From: Promethearchaeota archaeon
Lineage (GTDB): Archaea; Asgardarchaeota; Lokiarchaeia; Sigyniarchaeales; SOKP01
DNA: 64,000 nt
Assembly (NCBI GenBank): GCA_004524535.1
Contig: SDNY01000001.1
Coordinates: 1-64,000 of the forward strand
Reading direction: 5' to 3'
The position numbers and the translations under genes were made by a program. Within the stretch, counting starts at the first letter, position 1, and each line of letters starts with the position of its first letter. Under the pieces are notes generated by a model, which worked only from the letters and a program-made list of their open reading frames with translations, did no database searches and was not told where the DNA came from. Of this stretch, positions 10,303-18,789 are shown one piece after another.

Positions 10303-11613
10303 ATGGTCAAAGTAGCATTCTGGCAAAATTCTGATTGCTGGGGATGCCACCAGAGCTTAATCGATTTACATTTACAGCTCTTACCGGTACTTCCAGCTTT
10401 AGAGATTGTCTATTGGCCAGCAGTAGTTGATTTCAAATATGATTCTTTGGAAGCTAGAGCTGACGGTGAAATTGTAGTTGGATTCATTGAAGGAAGTCTT
10501 AGAACTAAACAAGATGTTGAAGGTACCAAATTAATGCGTAAAAAATGTAAAATAATCATTGCTTTCGGGTCTTGTTCATGCTACGGAAATGTACATGGAT
10601 TAGCTAACCAATGGAGCAAAGAAGAACTAGTAAGGCGTAAATTTTCTGAAGTTGAAAGTATAGCTGATGGAAGTGGTGGAGAACCTACCCAACATATGCC
10701 TGGATTCGAAGATAAGATTGTTAACGTTGATGAAATTATCAAGGTTGATGCATATATTGCAGGATGTCCACCAAGATCAGAGCAGATCTTTGCTGCTATA
10801 GGATTTTTGTTAGGACAAAAACCATTTCCTATGAATGATCTTTCTTTTTGTAATGATTGCGCATTAAATCAATCCGGATGTCTCTTAGATGAAGGTAAAT
10901 TATGCTTTGGTCCAATAACCAGCATAGGATGTTCTTTAAAATGTCCTAATAATGGCAATCCATGTGTGGGTTGTATGGGACCAGCAAAAACAGTATCAGC
11001 ACGTGCTTCAAAATTAAAAGAGATGACTCAGAATATCGCTTCAGCTAGCTCAGGTGATAAAAAGAGTATAAATGAATTTCTATCACTATTTCTAAACGTG
11101 CCTCTAATGGCCGGTTTTGATTTATCAGCGGATATTTTAAAACAAGTCAAAAAGCGTGGAATACCAGAAACTCCATTAGCAAACTTACCCCCTGATACAG
11201 AAAGTATTGCTTCTAACATATTAGGATATTTAAGAGATAATAGAGACTTTACTGATATCTCAACTGTTTGCGATACTTGTGATAGAATTATTGGGAGTAA
11301 ATCAACAATGACAAAAGTGAAACGAGACTATGAAGGGCTTCCAAATTTAACTGATTGTTTGATTGAACAAGGTTATATTTGTATGGGGCCCGTAACTAAA
11401 GCTGGCTGTGGTGCCTTATGCCTAAAAGTTAACGCTCCTTGTACTGGCTGTTATGGTCAAACTGAATGGAATGTTAACCAAGCAGAAAGGTTTGCTGACA
11501 CGGTTATTAAAGGATTTAATGTGAGTTTATCCAAAGAGGAAATACTTGCACAAGTTAAGGATCATGTCGGCACTTTTGAAAAATTTACATTCGCATCAAG
11601 AAAAGGAGGCTAA
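10303..11613 (+). CDS. vhuG: F420-non-reducing [NiFe] hydrogenase small subunit (MvhG/VhuG) with a duplicated Fe-S module
   Basis: CWGC, EGS, FGSCSCYG and GCPP motifs; two copies of CxxC...CL...C.GP.T..GC...C.....C.GC.G. Confidence 0.9.
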   Translation: MVKVAFWQNSDCWGCHQSLIDLHLQLLPVLPALEIVYWPAVVDFKYDSLEARADGEIVVGFIEGSLRTKQDVEGTKLMRKKCKIIIAFGSCSCYGNVHGLANQWSKEELVRRKFSEVESIADGSGGEPTQHMPGFEDKIVNVDEIIKVDAYIAGCPPRSEQIFAAIGFLLGQKPFPMNDLSFCNDCALNQSGCLLDEGKLCFGPITSIGCSLKCPNNGNPCVGCMGPAKTVSARASKLKEMTQNIASASSGDKKSINEFLSLFLNVPLMAGFDLSADILKQVKKRGIPETPLANLPPDTESIASNILGYLRDNRDFTDISTVCDTCDRIIGSKSTMTKVKRDYEGLPNLTDCLIEQGYICMGPVTKAGCGALCLKVNAPCTGCYGQTEWNVNQAERFADTVIKGFNVSLSKEEILAQVKDHVGTFEKFTFASRKGG

Positions 11614-11618
11614 AAAAA

Positions 11619-12926
11619 ATGGTGAAAGAAATAGAAGTAGAGCCCATAACTCGATTAGAGGGACATGGTGGAATGAGAGTCGTTCTTGGAGATGATGGAA
11701 AAGTTCAAGATGTACAATTTAATGTCCAATCGACAAGATTCTTTGAAAAATTTGTTGAAGGACGATATTGCGAACAGGTTCCAAGAATAACTCCAAGAAT
11801 CTGCGGAATTTGTCCAATACCACATCATTTAACTCCAACAAAAGCAGTGGAAGATGCTTGGGGTGTTCAGATTCCTGAACCCGCAAGAAAATTAAGACAA
11901 CTCTTAATTAATGCTAAACAATACAGTTCGCATTTAATTCACTTCTACGCTTTAACTGCACCAGATTTCCTATTAGGACCTTTTGCTGATCCTGCTTTAA
12001 GAAATGTGGTTCATGTGATTAATAAAATGCCGGATGTTGGAGCTATGGCATTAAAAATGATGGATTTCGGACAGAGACTATGTGCTGCCGTTGGTGGTAA
12101 AGCAATTCACCCTATTGCTGCAATAGTCGGTGGAATGAAAAAGCCTTTGGATGAAGATGTTCGTGATAAATTCCTTGGTGTAATTGACGATCAAATTGAA
12201 ATGACTAAGAAGACTGTAGATATTGCGCTAAAAGTTATAGATGATTATTGGGATGTCGTAGCTAATGTTGGTGTTGTCCCAACATATTATGTTGGAATGA
12301 CAAAAAATGGTGTACATGACATCTATGAAGGCGATATTCGGATTGTCTCTCCAACTGGAGAAAAAACAGATTATGCTCCACAGAGATACTTAGAGGCATT
12401 AGGTGAGCATATTCCAGAACATTCATATGCGACTCATATGTACTATAAACCAGCTGGTTATCCTGAAGGAATTTATAGAGCAAACTGCTTAGCTATGATA
12501 AACTGTGCCGACAAAATGGCAACACCTTTAGCAGATGAGGCATTGAAAGCGATGCGAGAAAAGATTGGAACGAATGTAATCCATCATACCTTTGCATATC
12601 ACTGGGCACGAATAATTGAAACGGTTGAGGCAATTGAAATGATTGCAACTCTCCTAAAAGATCCAGATATCGTTAATCCTGACTGTAAAACACTTGATGT
12701 TCAACCCAGAGAAGGAAATGGTGTAGGTATAACTGAAGCTCCACGAGGACTTCTTTTATATAACATCTGGTCGGATGCCGAAGGTATTTGTAAAAAGTTA
12801 AATCTTTTAGTCGCAACAAACCACAATATCGCAGGAATCGAAAAATCGTTAATGCATGTGGCTAAACAAGTATTTGAAGACAAAGCTTTAGATGGATTAA
12901 AATTACCAGATCCATGGATAAAATAA
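11619..12926 (+). CDS. vhuA: F420-non-reducing hydrogenase large subunit (MvhA/VhuA), lacking the C-terminal Ni-binding motif
   Basis: PITRLEGHG, RICGICP (L1) and EAPRG motifs; ends ...LPDPWIK with no DPCxxC. Confidence 0.92.
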   Translation: MVKEIEVEPITRLEGHGGMRVVLGDDGKVQDVQFNVQSTRFFEKFVEGRYCEQVPRITPRICGICPIPHHLTPTKAVEDAWGVQIPEPARKLRQLLINAKQYSSHLIHFYALTAPDFLLGPFADPALRNVVHVINKMPDVGAMALKMMDFGQRLCAAVGGKAIHPIAAIVGGMKKPLDEDVRDKFLGVIDDQIEMTKKTVDIALKVIDDYWDVVANVGVVPTYYVGMTKNGVHDIYEGDIRIVSPTGEKTDYAPQRYLEALGEHIPEHSYATHMYYKPAGYPEGIYRANCLAMINCADKMATPLADEALKAMREKIGTNVIHHTFAYHWARIIETVEAIEMIATLLKDPDIVNPDCKTLDVQPREGNGVGITEAPRGLLLYNIWSDAEGICKKLNLLVATNHNIAGIEKSLMHVAKQVFEDKALDGLKLPDPWIK

Positions 12927-12963
12927 ACTAAATCAAAATTAATATAGAGTGTGAATAAAAAAA

Positions 12964-13113
12964 ATGAGTGATATACCAGAAGGAGTAGTAAATATCTTAG
13001 AAATGATTGTCCGCTGTTATGATTGCTGACTATCGTGTGCCGCTCACATCACTGTAGTTGATGAGGATGGTAAAGAAATTTACTCTCGTGAATTACACGT
13101 TGGTTTAGGATGA
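12964..13113 (+). CDS. vhuU: Selenocysteine-containing hydrogenase subunit VhuU (49 aa, in-frame UGA at 13027-13029); not in the ORF track
   Basis: Manual translation MSDIPEGVVNILEMIVRCYDC(U)LSCAAHITVVDEDGKEIYSRELHVGLG*; supplies the L2 motif missing from VhuA. Confidence 0.9.
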
Positions 13114-13171
13114 AATATCCAATAAAAATTATAGATTGGATATGACTGCCCTTGCATGGGTTAAAACCAAC
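13099..13171 (+). promoter_or_regulatory. Eukaryote-like SECIS element
   Basis: ATGA (13110-13113), 9-bp stem ATATCCAAT/ATTGGATAT (13115-13123/13135-13143), AAAAA apical loop, GA at 13144-13145; lower helix GTTGGTTT/AAACCAAC. Confidence 0.75.
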
Positions 13172-13221
13172 AAATTTGAAAAAAATAAAATGGAACAAAC
13201 TCAAAAAAAAAGTGAAAAAAA

Positions 13222-13755
13222 ATGACATTACCATTAGGTATAGATTTTGAATTTAGGAAGCAAATTATGGATGTACACATTGGATCTGATAAGATTAAAT
13301 ACTGTTATCAATGTAATCGATGCACTGACAATTGTCCTGTCGCATCTGTCGCAAATCCCTTTTATCATGAAGTGACTAATTGGTTTGATCCAAGATTGAT
13401 TGTATTAGGCACACTTCTAGGATATAAAGATATTGTGATGGCCTTAGCAGGCTCTAAATCAGCTCTTATTCCTTGGGGTTGCACCGTTTGTGATACCTGC
13501 GACGCAGTTTGTCCTCAAGCGATTGAAGTTACTGAAATTATTGGTCTAGCTAAAAATATAACTTCTGGTGCAGGACTTGCACCTGATAATATCGTAGCTC
13601 AAGCAAAAACCGTTTTTGATACCGCTAAAGCGATTCCATCACAACCCGCGATCGAGAGAAGACGAGAACAAATGGGCTTACCAGCCGTAGCTGCACCAAA
13701 TGTTAATGAAGTGCAGACTTTATTAAAAAATATAGGTGCGGATAAAAAATTATAA
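13222..13755 (+). CDS. hdrC: Heterodisulfide reductase subunit C
   Basis: CYQCNRCTDNCP and CTVCDTCDAVCP 4Fe-4S motifs; adjacent to hdrB. Confidence 0.88.
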   Translation: MTLPLGIDFEFRKQIMDVHIGSDKIKYCYQCNRCTDNCPVASVANPFYHEVTNWFDPRLIVLGTLLGYKDIVMALAGSKSALIPWGCTVCDTCDAVCPQAIEVTEIIGLAKNITSGAGLAPDNIVAQAKTVFDTAKAIPSQPAIERRREQMGLPAVAAPNVNEVQTLLKNIGADKKL

Positions 13756-13770
13756 ACGGAGGGTAAAAAA

Positions 13771-14637
13771 ATGACAGAATATAAAATGTTTGAGGGTTGT
13801 GTGATTGGTAACAGAATTCCATTTATAGAAGCATCTTCCAGAAAGGTTCTTGATAAAATTGGAGTCCAGACATCACAAGCTCCATTTTCTTGTTGTCCAG
13901 ATCCCACTGGAATGAAGTGTTTTGATAATACAGCTTGGCTTGCTATGGGCGCTCAAAACTTATGTTTAGCGGAATCAGAAGATAAACCAATCATTTCTTT
14001 ATGCAATGGTTGCGCAAACACTTTACGAGGCGTCCAATATCAATTAAAACATGATTCCAATAAAAAAGAGGCGATTAATAAAGAATTAGCCAAAATTGGA
14101 AAGGAATATAAAGGTTCAATTGATGTAAGGCATTTTGTTGACGTTCTTAAGGAAAATTTAAGTGCTATTAAGAGTGCTGTTACGAAACCAATGAGCAATC
14201 TGAAAGTAGCTTGCCATCCTGGCTGCCACTATATGCGACCTGTAGAATGGATGGAATCTGATGATCCATTACGTCCTGTAAATTTGAAAGAGATTGCTGC
14301 TGCTACCGGTGCTAATGTAGTTGATTATGACGAGTTAGCATTATGTTGTGGAAATGCTGTGGCTGGTCCGTTTCCGGATCATGGCGATGCAATTCTAAAA
14401 AAGAAATTAGACTCAGTTAAAAAAGCAGGTGCTGACGTGATTGTTGTGAATTGTCCTGCCTGCTTTCAACGATTTGATACATCCCAGAGAGATCTATCGA
14501 AGAAATTCGATGGAGAGTATAATATTCCTGTACTTTATATAACAGAATTAATTGCTTTAGCAATGGGAATTAGTTCTGAAGATATTGGGATTAAGAATCA
14601 TCGTGTTCGACGAGGTACAGCAATAGAAAATCTCTAA
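13771..14637 (+). CDS. hdrB: Heterodisulfide reductase subunit B
   Basis: Two CCG domains (GC...SCCPDP...CNGC; HPGCH...CCG...CPAC). Confidence 0.92.
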   Translation: MTEYKMFEGCVIGNRIPFIEASSRKVLDKIGVQTSQAPFSCCPDPTGMKCFDNTAWLAMGAQNLCLAESEDKPIISLCNGCANTLRGVQYQLKHDSNKKEAINKELAKIGKEYKGSIDVRHFVDVLKENLSAIKSAVTKPMSNLKVACHPGCHYMRPVEWMESDDPLRPVNLKEIAAATGANVVDYDELALCCGNAVAGPFPDHGDAILKKKLDSVKKAGADVIVVNCPACFQRFDTSQRDLSKKFDGEYNIPVLYITELIALAMGISSEDIGIKNHRVRRGTAIENL

Positions 14638-14677
14638 TTAAAAAGTTTCAAAAATTTAATTTTTTTTTTTTTAATTT

Positions 14678-15310
14678 TTATTTTCTTATTTTATTAATTA
14701 CTAATATAATTAAAGCGATAATAAAGAAACATATTCCTAAGAATAATAATCCAAACTTAATCGAAGCACATAAAGAAGCAATAAAAGGAGAACCCATTTC
14801 AATATATGCATCATTTTCTATCATCAAGAGAAGATTAATATTTTCGATTACATCAAAACCTCCCGCAATAATCGGTATTATAGTTATATATAATCCAAAA
14901 TTTTGGAGTTTTCCCCCTTCTAACTTACGAGTAACTAGTAAAATACATCCCGCAATAAAGAGCCCATAGCTTGGTATATATAAAAAATCCCAATATATAG
15001 CTGTTGCTTCTTTTTTCTTTCCAGCCACACCCCAGGCTCTGAATATTTCCCTTATCATTTCAGGTGTCCATGCAAACTCAAATTCCATAACGCCGTATCC
15101 CGTAGAACCTTTTAATTCTGTCTCGATTGATCGCATTATTAAAGTTAGTATTAAAAATGAAATAAAGGAAAGTATTGTGATTATTGCTAAAGCTTTTTGC
15201 TTTGGAAATTCTTTTAATTTTTCTAAAAACATTTTCAATACCGTATTAATATTATTATAATTATTGTTTTTCTTTTCATTATTAATAAGTTTTTCACCAT
15301 TTTGCTTCAT
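14678..15310 (-). CDS. Hypothetical membrane protein
   Basis: Four hydrophobic segments; DFLYIPSY and FDVIEN motifs. Confidence 0.65.
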   Translation of the reverse strand: MKQNGEKLINNEKKNNNYNNINTVLKMFLEKLKEFPKQKALAIITILSFISFLILTLIMRSIETELKGSTGYGVMEFEFAWTPEMIREIFRAWGVAGKKKEATAIYWDFLYIPSYGLFIAGCILLVTRKLEGGKLQNFGLYITIIPIIAGGFDVIENINLLLMIENDAYIEMGSPFIASLCASIKFGLLFLGICFFIIALIILVINKIRK

Positions 15311-15390
15311 TTATCTTATATAAGCAATAATTTTATTTATTTCGATATATTATAAAATGTAGCAATTTTCATTCAATTTCTATAATTATC

Positions 15391-15633
15391 ATGTGTCTTG
15401 CCATCCCAGGAAAAATTTTAGAGATCACTGGTAACCAAGCCTTAGTTGATTTTGATGGGATTCAACAAAAGATAATTATCGCGCTTATTCAGAATCCCGA
15501 AATAGGGAAATATGTAGTAGTTCATGCGGGATATGCAATTGAACAAATCAACGAAGAAGAAGCTATGGAAGCAATTGAACAGTGGAAGGAAATAGCCGAA
15601 GATCAAGATTTAGATTTAACTGATATGCTATAG
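15391..15633 (+). CDS. hypC: Hydrogenase maturation chaperone HypC
   Basis: MCLAIPGK...VVHAGYAI. Confidence 0.95.
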   Translation: MCLAIPGKILEITGNQALVDFDGIQQKIIIALIQNPEIGKYVVVHAGYAIEQINEEEAMEAIEQWKEIAEDQDLDLTDML

Positions 15634-15661
15634 TTATATAATTTAAAAGTTATTGTTAGTT

Positions 15662-15988
15662 CTATTTTTCTAGTTTCTTTAATATCTCTTCAGAATTTCT
15701 CAGTTCATCTTCCATCTCCTTTTTAGTTAAAGATGGCGATTGGAGTTTTTCTCGAGATATATATTCCATCATCTCATAAATTGATACTTCAGCCAAAGTT
15801 GCAGCTTCAGCTATACTAACTATTCCTTTCCTATATTTTTCACCCGCACCTTTCATTCTATATTCTTTCATTTGGTTTAAAAGAAACTTACGAATTAATG
15901 CAGAACGATCTATTCTTTCTTCTTCACAGATTTTATTTAATTCTTCTATTTCTTTTTCATCTAAACGAGTTGAGATAACATCAGTCAC
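15662..15988 (-). CDS. UPF0175-like antitoxin with N-terminal ribbon-helix-helix
   Basis: VISTRL...DRSALIR; YRKGIVSIAEAATLAEVS; overlaps the PIN gene by 4 nt. Confidence 0.75.
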   Translation of the reverse strand: MTDVISTRLDEKEIEELNKICEEERIDRSALIRKFLLNQMKEYRMKGAGEKYRKGIVSIAEAATLAEVSIYEMMEYISREKLQSPSLTKKEMEDELRNSEEILKKLEK

Positions 15989-16494
15989 TTTATTTCCTCC
16001 TTTTTCTTTTCTTTTAATTTTTCTATAAAAAATAAGATAGATTTTGGTTTAGTCGCATTCACAGATTCTAGTTTTTTTAATATTTCAATAAAATTATTTT
16101 CAGTTAATAATTTCTCAATGCATTTATTGAAGAAAAAAGTATCTAATCGAATAGCTTTTTGACCTTGATTAATAAATTTTTTATAAGCTCTATCGTCAGA
16201 TGTAATACATATCCCATCGTCTCTTGCTAAGATATAACAACTAGTTTCTCCAGCATCACGAAAAAGAACTAAATCCTCAGAAATATCTATTGAGATTACG
16301 GGAATTTTATTTCTTTTTAATAACTTTTCTGCTTTGAATGCGTCAGAGTAATTATTAGCTTTTCCATCAGTAATTACTTCTTCATAAACACTATTATCAA
16401 TAACAAGTGGATATTTTATTAATTTAATGAAATTTTCGAATAAATTTGTCTTTACTAGGTAAATTATAGTACATGAATCTAGAATCCATCTCAT
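15985..16494 (-). CDS. PIN-domain (VapC-like) toxin
   Basis: ILDSCTII...VYEEV...DAGETS...ITSDD acidic PIN residues. Confidence 0.75.
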   Translation of the reverse strand: MRWILDSCTIIYLVKTNLFENFIKLIKYPLVIDNSVYEEVITDGKANNYSDAFKAEKLLKRNKIPVISIDISEDLVLFRDAGETSCYILARDDGICITSDDRAYKKFINQGQKAIRLDTFFFNKCIEKLLTENNFIEILKKLESVNATKPKSILFFIEKLKEKKKEEIK

Positions 16495-16674
16495 TATAAT
16501 ACATATACAAAAAGATATTTATATAATTATCGATTGTATACAAATAGTATAAATTACATATCTTCGTAAAACAGAGGAAAAAGAAATATTTCCCTTAAAA
16601 AATCTTTTTTTTTAAAATAAAATTTAATAATAAAAGGAAACGCGGAAGATCAAGATTTAGATCTTTTTGATATG

Positions 16675-17478
16675 CTATAGATCAAATAATTCCAACTTTA
16701 ATTGCTTTAATTTTGAATAGAGATTTTTTATTGCTTGAACTCCTTTTGCATCTGGATTAGAATCTATTGGAGAAATTCCGTTCAAATCTGCTTTCCCTAT
16801 TTCAGAATCGAAGGGAATGCTATGATATAGAGGGACCTCCCACTCATTTACCTTCTGATTTATAAAATCTAGTTGCGTATCATCAAAAATTTTATTGGCT
16901 ATGAGATATATATTTATAATTCCTAACTTTTTAGACAATTCAATTATTTTTGCGCATAAATCTAACGACTTTTGAGAGGGTTCGGTTATTACCAGCATCA
17001 CGTCAATTCCTTTAGCTGTACCGCGCCCTAAATGCTCCATACCTGCCTCAAAATCAACAATTATGACTTCATCTCGTTTTACAAACAAATTATATAACAG
17101 AGTTCTAATCAATGCGTTTTCAGGGCATAAACATCCTGTTGCCGGTTCTTCAATTGAACCTAAAACAAGCAGTTGTAATCCATCTGGACCTGAGACCTTA
17201 AAGCGATCTGGAATATCTGCTACTTGGGGTGTTATATTATAAACACCTGGACCTGCACCTTCAAGAGTAGTTCTCTCTTCAATCAATTTTTTCATCTCAG
17301 ATATAGGAACTATGTTAGATTTTACTTCTTTATCGATTCCTAAAGTATAACTTAAATTCATAGCAGAATCATTATCAATCGCTAATACTTTAAAACCATC
17401 TTTAGCAAATAGCCGAGCTAAAGTTCCGGCAATTAAAGTTTTGCCTACACCACCTTTACCTGAAACTGCGATTTTCAT
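16675..17478 (-). CDS. cooC: CooC/AcsF-type nickel-insertion ATPase
   Basis: MKIAVSGKGGVGKT, GCLCPEN, DFEAGMEHLGRGT. Confidence 0.9.
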   Translation of the reverse strand: MKIAVSGKGGVGKTLIAGTLARLFAKDGFKVLAIDNDSAMNLSYTLGIDKEVKSNIVPISEMKKLIEERTTLEGAGPGVYNITPQVADIPDRFKVSGPDGLQLLVLGSIEEPATGCLCPENALIRTLLYNLFVKRDEVIIVDFEAGMEHLGRGTAKGIDVMLVITEPSQKSLDLCAKIIELSKKLGIINIYLIANKIFDDTQLDFINQKVNEWEVPLYHSIPFDSEIGKADLNGISPIDSNPDAKGVQAIKNLYSKLKQLKLELFDL

Positions 17479-17758
17479 ACTCTATTTTAATAATTTTTAA
17501 AAAATAATTAAAATTTTCATTTAGAATTAGTAATATAATATAATAAAATGATTAATTTTAATAAGAATTTAAAATCCTTGTTTATAAGATATTATAATGG
17601 TTCGATTTTGAAAAATACCTGATATAGAATATTATTGTAATCTCTATTTGATAAACATTTAAAAATTATAAAGTTTAAAATTCTAATGATTAAAAAAATA
17701 AAAAATCTTGATTAGAATAATTTAATAACTTGTATATAGAATTATAACTTCTTTACGA

Positions 17759-18505
17759 ATGAAAATTAGAAACGAATTATTAAGAGACGATTATTCAATT
17801 AAACAAGCAGAATCTCTCCAGATTAAATACCAAAATCTTATTAAAAGAGACTCTATAAAAGAACAAATCGGGGCTAATCTTGATGATCTCAAAACGGTCG
17901 CTGGTGTGGATATTTCATATTATAATGTAGAAGGGAATGAATTTGGAATAGCCTGTGTGGTACTCTGGAATATTAAACAACAAAAGATGGAAAAATACTA
18001 CTTCTCTCAAGATCAAATTAAATTTCCTTATAAATCTGGATTTTTAGGATTTCGAGAATGCAAATTACTAGCTAAAGCAGTTTTGGAGCTTCCAGAAAGA
18101 CCTAATCTTGTAATGTGCGATGGGCATGGAAAGATTCATCCTCAAAGATTCGGAGAAGCAGTTCATCTTGGAGTTGCACTCAATATTCCTACTATTGGAA
18201 TTGCGAAGAATCCCTTTATAGGGTATTTTGATAGGAATAATTTTAAAAAAATTAAAGGAAATAAAAAGCCAATTTGGGAAAAAGATCCTAATCTTACTAT
18301 AGAATCATCCAATGAGTTGTTAGGATTTGCTATATGTTTAAATAATGATTCAAAACCTGTTTTTATTAGTGAAGGTTATAAAGTTACCCTTGATTTTGCT
18401 GTAAAAATCTCTCTGATTACATCAAAAAATCATAGACAACCTGAACCTTTATATCTGGCAGATTATCTTTCAAAGGAGAAAATTAGAGTAAATAAATTAT
18501 ATTAA
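17759..18505 (+). CDS. nfi: Endonuclease V
   Basis: AGVDISY, FPYKSGFLGFRE, DGHGKIHPQRFGEA, IGIAK, PEPLYLAD. Confidence 0.93.
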   Translation: MKIRNELLRDDYSIKQAESLQIKYQNLIKRDSIKEQIGANLDDLKTVAGVDISYYNVEGNEFGIACVVLWNIKQQKMEKYYFSQDQIKFPYKSGFLGFRECKLLAKAVLELPERPNLVMCDGHGKIHPQRFGEAVHLGVALNIPTIGIAKNPFIGYFDRNNFKKIKGNKKPIWEKDPNLTIESSNELLGFAICLNNDSKPVFISEGYKVTLDFAVKISLITSKNHRQPEPLYLADYLSKEKIRVNKLY

Positions 18506-18514
18506 AATTAAGTA

Positions 18515-18778
18515 CTATTTCTCCATTTTAATTGCTTGCATTTTTTTCGAAATTTCCATCATTTCACTGTATAGTCTTTCAATTTCTTCTTCTTCTTCCG
18601 AAGCAACTAATTTTTCATTAATCTCCTTTATTTTGTAAGTTAGCTTAATAAATTCGTCAGGTGGTTCAAGTTGATAAATATATTTTCGTTTACCTTTCTC
18701 TTTAGTAACATAGACCCATTTACCAGCTTTATCTGAAAAATTCCATCTATTAAGGGTATATTTTCTCATTGTTTCCAA
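18515..18778 (-). CDS. Small hypothetical protein
   Basis: 87-aa ORF co-oriented with and 11 nt downstream of 18790-20061. Confidence 0.6.
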   Translation of the reverse strand: METMRKYTLNRWNFSDKAGKWVYVTKEKGKRKYIYQLEPPDEFIKLTYKIKEINEKLVASEEEEEIERLYSEMMEISKKMQAIKMEK

Positions 18779-18789
18779 TCAATAATCTA

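Larger units (their letters stand above)
15586..16680 (+). repeat. ~47-bp imperfect direct repeat of the hypC 3' end (15586-15633 and 16634-16680) flanking a toxin-antitoxin cassette
   Basis: aaggaaatagccgaagatcaagatttagatttaactgatatgctatag vs aaggaaacgcggaagatcaagatttagatctttttgatatgctatag. Confidence 0.8.

Noticed and set aside
13049-13234. 61-aa minus-strand ORF from the track
   Set aside because: Antisense shadow of vhuU, the SECIS and the hdrC leader
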